A stretch of DNA of 64,000 nt from Vicinamibacteria bacterium. GTDB taxonomy: Bacteria > Acidobacteriota > Vicinamibacteria > Marinacidobacterales > Marinacidobacteraceae. Below are positions 21,178-30,207 of the stretch, piece after piece. The position numbers and the translations under genes were made by a program. Below the pieces are notes generated by a model. The model did no database searches. It had not been told where the DNA came from and saw only the letters and a list, made by a program, of their open reading frames with translations. Numbering within the stretch: position 1 is the first letter of the stretch; each line of letters opens with the position of its first letter. The stretch is from the NCBI GenBank assembly GCA_964291235.2, contig OZ219816.1, positions 512,001 to 576,000 of the forward strand. The letters run 5' to 3'.

Positions 21178-23510
21178 ATCTGGCCGGCGGCGCGGGCGCG
21201 CCAGTAGGGGCGGTCGCGGGGGAGGTAGTGCGGCTTGAGATAGGCCCGGGTGGCGGGAAGCGCCTGGGCGCCGTCGTAGGCGAGCACGATGGCCTGGCAG
21301 TTCTCGAGAAGCGTGAACTGGCGGGCGTGGAACATCGGCTCGCGCTGCTCGCGGTAGGACTTCGAGGTTCCCAGCGTGCCCTTCGCGCCGCCGGCGCGGG
21401 CGGTGATCAGGGAGAAGCCGGGCTTGGCGGATTCGGTGAAGGAGTAGGACGGCGAGAGCCGCAGGATCTTCCCGCACATGTTGGAGGCGAGTTCGGCGCT
21501 GCTGTCGTCGCTGAGGGAGAGGAAGATCTTGGTCCGGAGCGTCTGCAGGAGGGTGCGCCAAGCGTCCTGCCCGGGAAGCACCGATTTGAGGGAACTGATG
21601 GACTGGGTGGCGACGATGGGGATGACGCGGCACTGGCGGGTGAGCGCGAAGGCTTTCTCGTCGCCTGAGGGGTCGTCTTCGCCGACGGAGGCAAAGGACT
21701 GGTATTCGTCGCAGAGGAAAACCGCGGGCCGCACGTAGCGGTTGGGGTGCAGCTTCATGGCGGCGGGCCGCTTGAGGAGACCCTGGAGCCAGGCGTTCTT
21801 GAGCATGACGCCGATGGTGCGGGCGAGGGCGGGGTTGGCCCCGGCCGGCATGTTGAGCGCCACGACCTTGCCGTCCTCGGCGAGCTTCTCGACCGGCGGG
21901 AGCGGCTGCAGGAGTGCGGCGCCGGTGGACGGCGGGGTTCCGGGGGGCGGCGGCGGCAGGTCCGCGGGCGGCGGGGTGCGCGGCCGGGGCCGGTCCGGAC
22001 AGAAGACGCGGGCGACCTCTGGGAGGTCGAACATGGAGAGGAAGACGGAGACGCCCTCGACGATGGAGGTGCGGAGCTTGGGGTCGAGCTGGAGCCAGTC
22101 GTGCTCGTACCAGCGCTGGATGGCGTCGATGCGGAGGGCGTGCTCGGAGCGCGGGCGCTCGGGTGGGTTGTCGACCGTGAACGGCACGCCCAGCGCCGTG
22201 AGCGTGTCCGCGAGCTCCTGGTCGGCGGGTGTGCGCATCCGGTCCTGGCCGGTCTCGGTCCAGGTGCGCCCCTTCTTGAGCTTGCTGTGGTTGAAGAGAT
22301 CGTGGGTCCTGACCAGAACGTCGTTGACGGGGGGCGGGTCGCTGAAGGAGCGCGCCCGCGCGAGCTTCTTGCCGATGAGTTCGGTGTCGATCGCGCAGTG
22401 GTAGAGGTCGCGGAACGTGCACCAGCGCTCGGGGAGGGCGCGGTGCAGCTCGATGAGCCAGCGGATGAGGTTGGTGTATGCCTGCTGCCAGAAGGGCTCC
22501 TTGGACTTGCCGAAGAGCTGGTTGAGGAGGGTGGCGACGGTGTAGGCGAGGGAGTAGCTGTCCATGTCGGACGCGAGCGGGTTCCACTGCCAGCGTCCGC
22601 CGATGCCGAGTTCGAGGTAGTCGTCGGGCCGGCCGGCCTGTTCCAGGACGGCGCGGATGTCGTGGCAGAAGTCGCCCTTGACTTCGAGGACGAGTCCGGC
22701 CGCGCGGCGGGCGGGATCGTCGGCCTGCCAGGAGAGGAGCTGGTCGGCGAAGGGGCGCATGCAGGCGGAGGTCTTGCCGGTGCCGACGGCCCCGAAGATG
22801 GCGATGCCGGTGAAGAGGCCGCGTTCGGGCAGGGTGAGCCACTCCGGCCCGGTGGTCTCCCGGGCCTCGGTGGGGTGGTGGAGTTCTCCGACCACGAGAG
22901 AGGGGGCGGGGTCCTGGGGGCCATTGGGCCAGGGGGGCAGGACGCCGCGCCCGGGGAGGCGGCGGCCCGCCGGGGAATCGAGCCAGAGGCGGCGGATGCT
23001 GGTGGCGACGAGCAGCCCCCCGCCGGCGACGACGGCGGGAGCCACGAGGAACCACCCGCGGATGACGTTGTAGAAGACGGGGTCCTCGAGGGCGATGAGG
23101 TCGAGGAGGGGCACCTCGCCGGGCGCGGGGAAAGAGCGGGAGAGGATGGACCAGGCGAGCGCCGCGAGGCCGAGGACGATGGCGACGACGGTGCGCCAGC
23201 TGAGGAGCCGGCCGAACGATGCCTCGGAGTTGCGTAGGCGCAAAACCGCCCACGAGAAAGACCCTGCCAGCGCGCGACGGAGGTCGGGTCCCAGCCAGAA
23301 TGCGAGCAGGGTGAGGGAGAAGGCCCCGAGGGCGGGGCCGGCGTAGAACCAGGCCCGGAGGATCTGGTAGCCGGCGGGATCCTTGAGCGCGATGAGGTCG
23401 AGGAGAGGGACGGCGCCCTCCGTCGGGAAGCCGCCCTGGCGGACCGTGACGAGGAGCGCCAGGAGCGCGGCGGCCGCCGGAAAAAGGAAGCGTGGCGAGG
23501 AGAGCGTCAT
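21174..23510 (-). CDS. Type IV coupling protein (TraD/VirD4-like)
   Basis: N-terminal TM segments (with a duplicated VPLLDLIAL.DP motif), Walker A GAVGTGKTS, Walker B FLCDEYQ, VATQSISSL. Confidence 0.85.
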   Translation of the reverse strand: MTLSSPRFLFPAAAALLALLVTVRQGGFPTEGAVPLLDLIALKDPAGYQILRAWFYAGPALGAFSLTLLAFWLGPDLRRALAGSFSWAVLRLRNSEASFGRLLSWRTVVAIVLGLAALAWSILSRSFPAPGEVPLLDLIALEDPVFYNVIRGWFLVAPAVVAGGGLLVATSIRRLWLDSPAGRRLPGRGVLPPWPNGPQDPAPSLVVGELHHPTEARETTGPEWLTLPERGLFTGIAIFGAVGTGKTSACMRPFADQLLSWQADDPARRAAGLVLEVKGDFCHDIRAVLEQAGRPDDYLELGIGGRWQWNPLASDMDSYSLAYTVATLLNQLFGKSKEPFWQQAYTNLIRWLIELHRALPERWCTFRDLYHCAIDTELIGKKLARARSFSDPPPVNDVLVRTHDLFNHSKLKKGRTWTETGQDRMRTPADQELADTLTALGVPFTVDNPPERPRSEHALRIDAIQRWYEHDWLQLDPKLRTSIVEGVSVFLSMFDLPEVARVFCPDRPRPRTPPPADLPPPPPGTPPSTGAALLQPLPPVEKLAEDGKVVALNMPAGANPALARTIGVMLKNAWLQGLLKRPAAMKLHPNRYVRPAVFLCDEYQSFASVGEDDPSGDEKAFALTRQCRVIPIVATQSISSLKSVLPGQDAWRTLLQTLRTKIFLSLSDDSSAELASNMCGKILRLSPSYSFTESAKPGFSLITARAGGAKGTLGTSKSYREQREPMFHARQFTLLENCQAIVLAYDGAQALPATRAYLKPHYLPRDRPYWRARAAGQI

Positions 23511-23729
23511 GGGAGCGGCCCGCTCGGGCATGCGTAAACGACGAGGGGCACGGCCCCCGCCAGGACAAGCGCCTTGGCGACGAGATGTCGCAAGGTTCTC
23601 ATCGCCTTCCCGCAGGGATCAGTGCGTCACGAGTGACGGCTGGGAGCGACCCGGACACGGAAGAAGGCACGCATAACGCGGCCCGATTCCGTGCCGCATT
23701 TCCTGTGGAAATGGGGGGGTCGCTCCCTT

Positions 23730-23871
23730 CCCCGCCTGCCCGCTGAAATGCGGGCAGGCGGGGCGGTCCCAAAGGGACCGAACCACGACGGCGAGAACGA
23801 GAATCGGGCGAGTTGTGGTGCATCACGCGGCGCGTGATGAGACGCATAACGAGGGGTGGTGCTCGTTATGC
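23730..23871. repeat. Cluster of inverted repeats in the intergenic region upstream of the coupling protein
   Basis: 14-bp IR at 23730-23763, GGTCCC-AAA-GGGACC at 23765-23779, CATCACGCG/CGCGTGATG at 23821-23839, GCATAACGAG/CTCGTTATGC at 23844-23871. Confidence 0.75.
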
Positions 23872-23942
23872 AAGGCGAGACGACCCGTCGCTCGTCCGCG
23901 GGAGGGCGGTGAGCGGTGAGGCTTCAGCCGTCACGGGCCTGA

Positions 23943-24212
23943 TCACGCATCGTTGTCGTCCGCGGGGGAATCCGCGGCGGCGTTGAGTTCGGCGAGCGCA
24001 CGGTGTGTGTCGTGCGCGAGCAGAGCGAGGTGCGGCAGGTCGTTGATGCCGAAGCTGGAGCGGCTGCGCCAGCCGTCCTCGGTCTTGTAGAGGCGCGAGA
24101 AGGTGGCCGAGTGGAACGTGTTCTCGTCGGCCTCGTTGCGCCAGATGGCGGCGCGGCAGGTGCCGACCCGGAGTTCGTCGACGGGCGGTGCGTTGTTCGT
24201 GCTGGTGGTCAT
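23943..24212 (-). CDS. Small putative ssDNA-binding-like protein
   Basis: PVDELRVG..RAAIWRNE....HSATFSRLYK...WRS..SFG.NDL with an acidic tail, a pattern seen in small mobile-element proteins. GGAGG RBS. Function is inferred. Confidence 0.55.
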   Translation of the reverse strand: MTTSTNNAPPVDELRVGTCRAAIWRNEADENTFHSATFSRLYKTEDGWRSRSSFGINDLPHLALLAHDTHRALAELNAAADSPADDNDA

Positions 24213-24239
24213 GGAAGCCTCCTCGGGGGGCGTCAGGGG

Positions 24240-24740
24240 TCATGGGCGGAAGTTGAGCCGTTCGACCAGGTCGATGCCGTGGGCCACGTAGAACAGGAAG
24301 GCCTTTTCGACCTGGGGGTCGGTGGGCGGTGCGCAGGTCGGGATGGCGCAGAACTGCAGGAGGCGCACGGTGACGGTGGGCTCGTTGGAGTCGTCGAACC
24401 AAACGGTGAAGCCGCGCCGCGATCCACGGGTCGGCCTGACCGTCTCCAGGAGCGGGCCGCGGAAGGGCAGGGCCGAGTACTTCTCGAGCCAGTGCCGGGC
24501 GCGGACCCAGACGGTGCGGACGCACTCCGGGTGCTCTTCGGTGTCGCATGTGACCGAGTTGGTCACGTCGGCTTGCCGCAGCGCGGCGTCGATCGCATCC
24601 TCGTCCGAGTGGCCGACCAGCGGGAGTGGCGCGACGGCGTTGTTCAGCGCGTCGCAGGATGCGAAGGACAAGAGGGAGATGAGCAGGACGCACCCGACAA
24701 ATGGAACGGGGCGCTGGCTCGTGAGGAACGGAAGGGGCAT
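24240..24740 (-). CDS. Hypothetical exported protein/lipoprotein
   Basis: Hydrophobic leader ending FASC, two further Cys pairs, in the operon. Confidence 0.55.
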   Translation of the reverse strand: MPLPFLTSQRPVPFVGCVLLISLLSFASCDALNNAVAPLPLVGHSDEDAIDAALRQADVTNSVTCDTEEHPECVRTVWVRARHWLEKYSALPFRGPLLETVRPTRGSRRGFTVWFDDSNEPTVTVRLLQFCAIPTCAPPTDPQVEKAFLFYVAHGIDLVERLNFRP

Positions 24741-24749
24741 GGCTGCGGC

Positions 24750-25721
24750 TTACGGGAGGGTGATGGAGTCGGGGGCGAGGCGCTGCGCGACGTGTGTGGA
24801 GCCGCTGTCGATCGCGGAACCGCTTGGGGCGGCGGCATCGGTGCGTTCCTCGATGCTGAGCACGGCTTCGGCGGCGGCGTTGACGCCGCCCCACGTATCG
24901 AGGATCCGCCAGTTGCGGGTCTCGCGGGCGCGCTGGACGTCGTCCAAGAGTTGCTGCTCCTCGGCAGATAGTTCCTGCGCGGCGGGCGGTGGCCCGCACC
25001 ACCTGGCGAGCTTCCTCCCGGTCGATCGGGCCTGGCCCGCGGTGCGGGTGACGGCGACGACGCGGACGGTGCGGCCGTCGCGGCGGAGGGCGTTCCAGAG
25101 GGACTGGTGGCCCTCGCCCCAGTAGTCGAGTTGGTTGATGTCCGCGCTGCTGGCGACGGTGTAGACGAAGGTGGCGGAACGCTCGTCGGCGGCGATCGGC
25201 AGCTTGACGGCGAAATAGCGGACGGTGGGCCTAACCGCGCCCTTGAAGATGCGCTGGGGAAGATGCGCCAGCGGAATGCCGAGCCCGGTGAAGTGGGCGA
25301 CTTTTTCCTGCTCGGTGGGAAGCCAGGGCAGTTTTGTGTGCTCGGTGACGTAGTCGAGGGAGAGCAGGCGTCGGAAGAGCAGGCCGGGGGACCCGCGGCG
25401 GCGGTGGCGGACGTGCTCGATGCCGAGGGCGCGGTAGATGGGCCGCGCGGAGACGTGACAGAGATGTTCGGACGCGGTGCCCCGGTCGGGGGCAAGGGGC
25501 TGTTCGGACGCGGCGCCGGCGTCGATGAGACGCTGGACGAAACGGAGTCCCGTTGTTTGGTGGCATTGGCGGTGGGCCGCGTATTGCGAGCGAAGAAACA
25601 CGCCGCTGTGGAGGCAGACGAGGGCGAGCCAGGTGGCGTCGCGCCCCGTCCAGCCGAGCGGCTGCAGCGCGGCCTCACGGCCGGCCAGGTGGGGGATGAC
25701 GGGGTCGGGTCTGGCGGTCAC
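24750..25721 (-). CDS. Conserved hypothetical ICE protein (winged-helix-like N-terminus)
   Basis: The GTG start overlaps the upstream stop. LGWTGRDATWLALVCLHSGVFLRSQY, IYRALG..RHRR, RLLSLDYV, WLPTEQEKVAHF, RYF..KLP. Confidence 0.7.
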   Translation of the reverse strand: MTARPDPVIPHLAGREAALQPLGWTGRDATWLALVCLHSGVFLRSQYAAHRQCHQTTGLRFVQRLIDAGAASEQPLAPDRGTASEHLCHVSARPIYRALGIEHVRHRRRGSPGLLFRRLLSLDYVTEHTKLPWLPTEQEKVAHFTGLGIPLAHLPQRIFKGAVRPTVRYFAVKLPIAADERSATFVYTVASSADINQLDYWGEGHQSLWNALRRDGRTVRVVAVTRTAGQARSTGRKLARWCGPPPAAQELSAEEQQLLDDVQRARETRNWRILDTWGGVNAAAEAVLSIEERTDAAAPSGSAIDSGSTHVAQRLAPDSITLP

Positions 25722-27118
25722 GGATCGTTTCCGCCTCCCAGGAGGCTGCGGTCGAGGTCCGCGCGGGGCAGGGCGTCGGAGTAGATGGCGCGGTCGCCGT
25801 CGAGGGGCGATCGGCGGCAGCGGTAGAGAACGGTACGGGGCGTCTGGCGGGCGGCGTGCCAGCCGGTGTCGGACTGGAGCTTGCCGCCGAGTTCGCGGAC
25901 CGCGCAGTCGGCGAACACGCTGCGCAGGGTGCGGTCGGCGCGGGTGAGGAAGAGGGTGTCGCCGGGGAAGGCGACGTGGTTGACATACAGCGAGCCGCCC
26001 GGCGCGAGGCGGGAGCGGACGAGGCGGTAGAACTCGACAGTGAGGAGGTGCCGGGGAATGGAGCGCCAGTTCGAGAAGGCATCGGCCACGATGGCGTCCC
26101 ACTCTGCGGGGTCGTCCCGGAGGAAGGCGCGCGCATCGCGGGCGTGGAAGGTTCCGGCGGCGCCGTCCGGGACCTGGAGGAAGCGGGCGGCGATGCGCTG
26201 CTGGGCCGGGTCGACGTCGATGAAGACCGGCTTGATGGGACAGGGGGCGCCCTGTCCGAGGGTCATGCCGGCGGCGCCGAGGACGAGGACGCGCGTTTCG
26301 CGGGCCTCGCAGAGGGTGGTTTCGAGGAGTTCGACGTAGGCCCAACCCGTGCCGTGCCGATCGTGGCCCGAGGCGCGCTGGTTATTGACTTCGAGCGCCG
26401 ACCGGCCCTCGGGGAGGGGGGTGATCCGGTAGTCGGCGTAGGCGTTGCGCTCGACGTAGGTCGTCGCTTCGAGGTAGAGGTCGAACGAAAGGAGGGCGGC
26501 GACTGCAGCGGTGGCGAGCGCGTATCCGGTGGCGACGCGGCGGGATGCGAGGGCGGCGGCGGCGAGGAGGCCTGCGCAGAGGATGAGGGCGGAGGCGGCC
26601 GTGCCGAGAAAGCGCAGGAGGAGGAAGGTGGTCGCCAGGGCTCCGGCGACGTTGCCGACGGTGGACAGGGCGAAGACGCGGCCGGCGGTGGCAGAGCGCT
26701 CGGCGGGAGGCGCACAGGCGTGGGCCAGGAGGACGGATTCGGCGAGAAGCCAGCCGATGGGGGCGATGCCGACAACGGCGTAGAAGCCGGCCTGGGCGAG
26801 CGGGGGCAGGGGCAGGCCGAAGGCGAGGAGGATGGCGGGCTCGGAGAGCCAGAAGGCGGCCAGCGCCGCCGCGAGCGCCAGCCGGAACGCGAGCCGCGGG
26901 CGAGGGTCGCCATCCTCGGCGAGGCGGCCGCCGCGGCGGTAGCCGCCGGCGAGGGCGGCCAGGTAGGCGGCGAGGAGCACGGTGGTGACGTCGACCGAAG
27001 TACCCGCCCAGGGGGCGATACGCCGCAGTGCGAGGATCTCCGTCCCGAGCGAGGCGTAGCCTTCCGCGAACAGCACGACGCTGAGGGCGAAGGGGCGCAG
27101 CGCAGGGGGGCGCGTCAT
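25718..27118 (-). CDS. Fused membrane domain / spermidine-synthase-like SAM-dependent transferase
   Basis: About seven TM helices (EILALRRIAPWAGTS, GRVFALSTVGNVAGA), then VLVLGAAGMTL, IDVDP, DARAFL, DAIVADAFS..IPRHLLTVEFY..L.PGG. Confidence 0.85.
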   Translation of the reverse strand: MTRPPALRPFALSVVLFAEGYASLGTEILALRRIAPWAGTSVDVTTVLLAAYLAALAGGYRRGGRLAEDGDPRPRLAFRLALAAALAAFWLSEPAILLAFGLPLPPLAQAGFYAVVGIAPIGWLLAESVLLAHACAPPAERSATAGRVFALSTVGNVAGALATTFLLLRFLGTAASALILCAGLLAAAALASRRVATGYALATAAVAALLSFDLYLEATTYVERNAYADYRITPLPEGRSALEVNNQRASGHDRHGTGWAYVELLETTLCEARETRVLVLGAAGMTLGQGAPCPIKPVFIDVDPAQQRIAARFLQVPDGAAGTFHARDARAFLRDDPAEWDAIVADAFSNWRSIPRHLLTVEFYRLVRSRLAPGGSLYVNHVAFPGDTLFLTRADRTLRSVFADCAVRELGGKLQSDTGWHAARQTPRTVLYRCRRSPLDGDRAIYSDALPRADLDRSLLGGGNDP

Positions 27119-27408
27119 GGCCGGAGGGAGGATTGCGGGAGGCCGTATGCATCGTGCGTACGCATACGGTATGTATCGTGTGTATGCATGCGGTGCATAC
27201 GGTGTGCGCGGCCGGAGGAGATGACTTCGAAGGTCGGGGGCCAGGCTGTGGGGCGGGCGTCCGCGGGTGGCGCGCCGCAGTCTCGTGCCAGGACGTTGGG
27301 GTACGAGACGATCCACAGGAGCATCGCGAGGAGCAGCACGAGCAAGAACATGTGGAGGGGGATTTCGTTGTCGAGGCGGTCCCGGCGGCAATGGCGGCAG
27401 TACGTCAT
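27115..27408 (-). CDS. Small TM protein with CxxC and a His-rich repetitive tail
   Basis: ATGA overlaps at both ends. MTYCRHC..TM helix..HRMHRMHTHDTYRMRTHDAY. Confidence 0.45.
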   Translation of the reverse strand: MTYCRHCRRDRLDNEIPLHMFLLVLLLAMLLWIVSYPNVLARDCGAPPADARPTAWPPTFEVISSGRAHRMHRMHTHDTYRMRTHDAYGLPQSSLRP

Positions 27409-28070
27409 TCGAAGGCGGCGGCGCGATCGGCCTGCAGGTAGGTGATGACGAGTCCCATGGGGTTGGAGGGGAGGAGTTCGGGCGGGACCTGGTCGAGGAA
27501 GGTGAACTGGAGGCTGATGGTCCAGCGTTCGCGCGTGGTTGCCTGGCCGCGCTCGAGGGTTACGAGGTCGAAGTCGGCGGTTGCCGCGTGGGGCGGCTCC
27601 GGGTTCGGGTTGATCCGGAGCACGACGCCCTCGACCTGGAGTTCGGCGGCCGTGATGCCGGCAGCCATTTGGGCGACGGCGTCGCTGTCGGCGCGGAAGG
27701 CGGCGTTCGCCAGGTCGCTGCTCAGGAAGTTCAGGGACCGGGCCCAGGACGTCTCGACCGTGGCCCGGCGGCGCGAGTAGAAGTCGGAGAGCCACTGGTT
27801 GAGGAAGTACTTGGTGGTGGGGTCGAGGGGGTCGGCCTGGGCTTCGACGGCCTCGTAGGCGAGGGCCTCGGCGCGGCCGACCTCGTCGACGCGGATGACG
27901 ATGGGCTTGGGCAGCTCCACGGCGGAGAGGCGCACGACGGCAACGAGGAGCAGTACGGCGAATCCGCCGAGGGCCAGGAGCCAGAGGCGGAGGAAGCGGT
28001 TGCTGGCGACCTGCTCGGCCCAGATCTCGGCGAACTCCCTGCCGGGGTCTGGCTTCTTCCGGCGTGCCAT
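27405..28070 (-). CDS. virB8: VirB8/TrbF-like protein
   Basis: Single TM, KPIVIRVDEVGRA, C-terminal NPMGLVIT. Confidence 0.85.
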   Translation of the reverse strand: MARRKKPDPGREFAEIWAEQVASNRFLRLWLLALGGFAVLLLVAVVRLSAVELPKPIVIRVDEVGRAEALAYEAVEAQADPLDPTTKYFLNQWLSDFYSRRRATVETSWARSLNFLSSDLANAAFRADSDAVAQMAAGITAAELQVEGVVLRINPNPEPPHAATADFDLVTLERGQATTRERWTISLQFTFLDQVPPELLPSNPMGLVITYLQADRAAAFE

Positions 28071-28082
28071 GGCCGGTTCTCC

Positions 28083-29213
28083 CTACTTGCCCTTGCCGGC
28101 GACGGCGGCGATCTTCCCTGCGCCGCCGGTGGCGAGCATGAGGCCGGTAGTGGCCATGCCGGCGACGTTCATGCCGCCGCCGCCGGCGCCGCTGACGAGG
28201 GAGCTGGCGATCTCTCCGACCTTGGTGGAGGACAGGACCGCGGCGACGGCGAGAGGGACGATCCCGATGAACCAGGCGGCGGACCAGCCGAGGCTCGAGA
28301 AGTCGATGGTCGCGTTGATGAAGGTGTTGACGTAGGCCAGCGCGATGGAGGACCAGACGTAGAGCATGGCGCCGGCGACGGCGCTGTAGAGGCTGTAGAC
28401 GAAGAGGGAGCGGAGCCAGCCCCAGAAGAGGAAGGAGAGGGGCTGGAAGATGAAGAAGGGGACGAAGACGGGCCCGACGTAGATCAGGATGTTGATGACG
28501 ACGAGGGCGTAGAGGACCTGGGCGTAGGCGAAGCAGAAGACGAGGATGAGGAGCACGCAGAAGAGCGGCAGGACGACGGCGGTGACGGAGAGGGTGTAGA
28601 GCGTGCCGCCGCCGCCCGTGATCAGGCTCCAGAGGGTCTGGGCGTCCCAGACGGCGGTGAGGTGGTTGCTGATGTTCTCGATGAGGTTCGTGAACGCCTC
28701 GAACATCTGGGCGGGCACGGACTCGACGAAGGTCTGGCTGATGAAGTTGCCGCCCGCCGGGATGATCATGGGGAACGGCATGCCGACGCCGGGGATCGGG
28801 GTTGCGTAGGTCTGCAGGATCCAGAGGGGGATGATGATGTTGAGGATCAGCCGGAAGAGGTCCCAGGAGCTCCAGCCGCCTCCGCCGAAAGCGATGCGGA
28901 GGCCGGTCCAGGAGATGAGGATCACGGCGAGGCCGCGCCAGAGGGCCATGCCGGTGGCCTGGAGGGGCGAGCCGCCGGCCGCCGTGAAGATGTCGCTGAG
29001 GATCGTGTTCAGGAGCCCCATGTGGTCGGTGAGCTGGTCGACCGGGATGGTGGCGGGCAGGGCCGGGTTCGGCAGCTGTGCCGGCGGTGGCTGCCCCAGG
29101 ACGAGGCTCGGGGCCAGCAGAAGCAGCCCGGCCAGGAGCAGGCGTCGAACGGTCACCGGTGGTGAAGGCATGGAGCTCAGCCGGCTGGCGATTGCTTCGC
29201 GTGCGGACGGCAT
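28083..29213 (-). CDS. virB6: VirB6/TrbL-like polytopic membrane protein
   Basis: Multiple TMs, VGPVFVPFFIFQPLSFLFWGWL, Gly/Ala-rich tail. Confidence 0.85.
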   Translation of the reverse strand: MPSAREAIASRLSSMPSPPVTVRRLLLAGLLLLAPSLVLGQPPPAQLPNPALPATIPVDQLTDHMGLLNTILSDIFTAAGGSPLQATGMALWRGLAVILISWTGLRIAFGGGGWSSWDLFRLILNIIIPLWILQTYATPIPGVGMPFPMIIPAGGNFISQTFVESVPAQMFEAFTNLIENISNHLTAVWDAQTLWSLITGGGGTLYTLSVTAVVLPLFCVLLILVFCFAYAQVLYALVVINILIYVGPVFVPFFIFQPLSFLFWGWLRSLFVYSLYSAVAGAMLYVWSSIALAYVNTFINATIDFSSLGWSAAWFIGIVPLAVAAVLSSTKVGEIASSLVSGAGGGGMNVAGMATTGLMLATGGAGKIAAVAGKGK

Positions 29214-29285
29214 GCGCCTTCGGCATGCAACTCGTGCATACCGTGCATATGCATACCGTTCATACGGCGAGGAGCGGCCCGATCG

Positions 29286-30207
29286 TCACCGGGGCCCGTA
29301 GCTGGTGGGCAGGAGCAGGCCCCGGCCCATCGAGGACGCGTTGGCCTGGAGCCAGGTGGTGGTGGCTTCGGCCTGGGTCCGGGCGGTTGTGTGTGCGCCG
29401 GCCCAGTCCGTCAGGGCCTCGCGCCGGTCGCGTTCGGCCTCGTGGCTGTCCTGGATTTCGCGGATTGCCTGGAGGGCGAGCAGCTGGTTGGTCGCGACCT
29501 GGAGTTCGGCCTGGGTGAGTTGCGCGGCGAGGACGGCCTGCTGCAGCGCGGTGCCGGAGAGGTTCGTCTGGCTCCGGAGGGTGGCGATGGAGGTCTGGGT
29601 GTCCGCGAGCTGCGCCGCGAGTTCCCGGGCGGCATCGAGGGCCGCGTAGTCGGCGGCGAGCCGCCGTTCGGCGGTGTCGCGGTTCGCGCGCCAGTCCCTG
29701 ACGGCTCTTTGCCGCGTGGCGGGGTCGTTCGGGAAGAGCGCCCGGATATCGGCCACTCGGACATCGTCGACCGCGCCGAGCGCGTCGCGCCAGACCGTCG
29801 TGAGGTCGGCGCCCTGCGGGTCGGTGAGTTCGAGGAACTCCCGGGCGAGCAGGCGCGTGCCAGCATCGCGGAAGGCGGTGGTCCAGGCCGGGGGCGCGAT
29901 GTGCTTGAGGAGTTCCGCCGGTTCGGAGGAGAGCTGCTCGAACGACTGGGGCAACGCGGCGCTTGCCAAGGTCCCGAGCGCCTCCTGTCCGGGCCCGGTT
30001 GATCTCCTCGCTGATCTTCTGGCTATTGAGCGTCCGGACGCCGTTCACCGCGGCGACGACGGCGGCCATGTCGAGTGAGCCACTCAGGGCGTTGACGGCG
30101 GAGACCACAGCGGAAAAACTGGAGGCCTTCAGGTCGGGGGCCGGAACGAGGAGGAGGGCGGGGACGAGGAGGAGAACGAGGCTCCAGCGGAGGGCGGTGC
30201 GGATCAT
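29286..30207 (-). pseudogene. VirB5/TrbJ-like secreted helical protein, frameshifted at ~29987
   Basis: The signal peptide is in the frame of ORF 29260..30207 and the coiled-coil body (GTALQQAVLAAQL..QLLALQA) in the frame of 29286..29969. Removing one base gives INRARQEALGTLAS. Located upstream of virB6. Confidence 0.6.

Noticed and set aside
20197-23568. 1123-aa VirB11 fusion protein
   Set aside because: The N-terminal ~800 aa overlap the coupling-protein gene out of frame. The real start is ATG 21177, overlapping the upstream stop.
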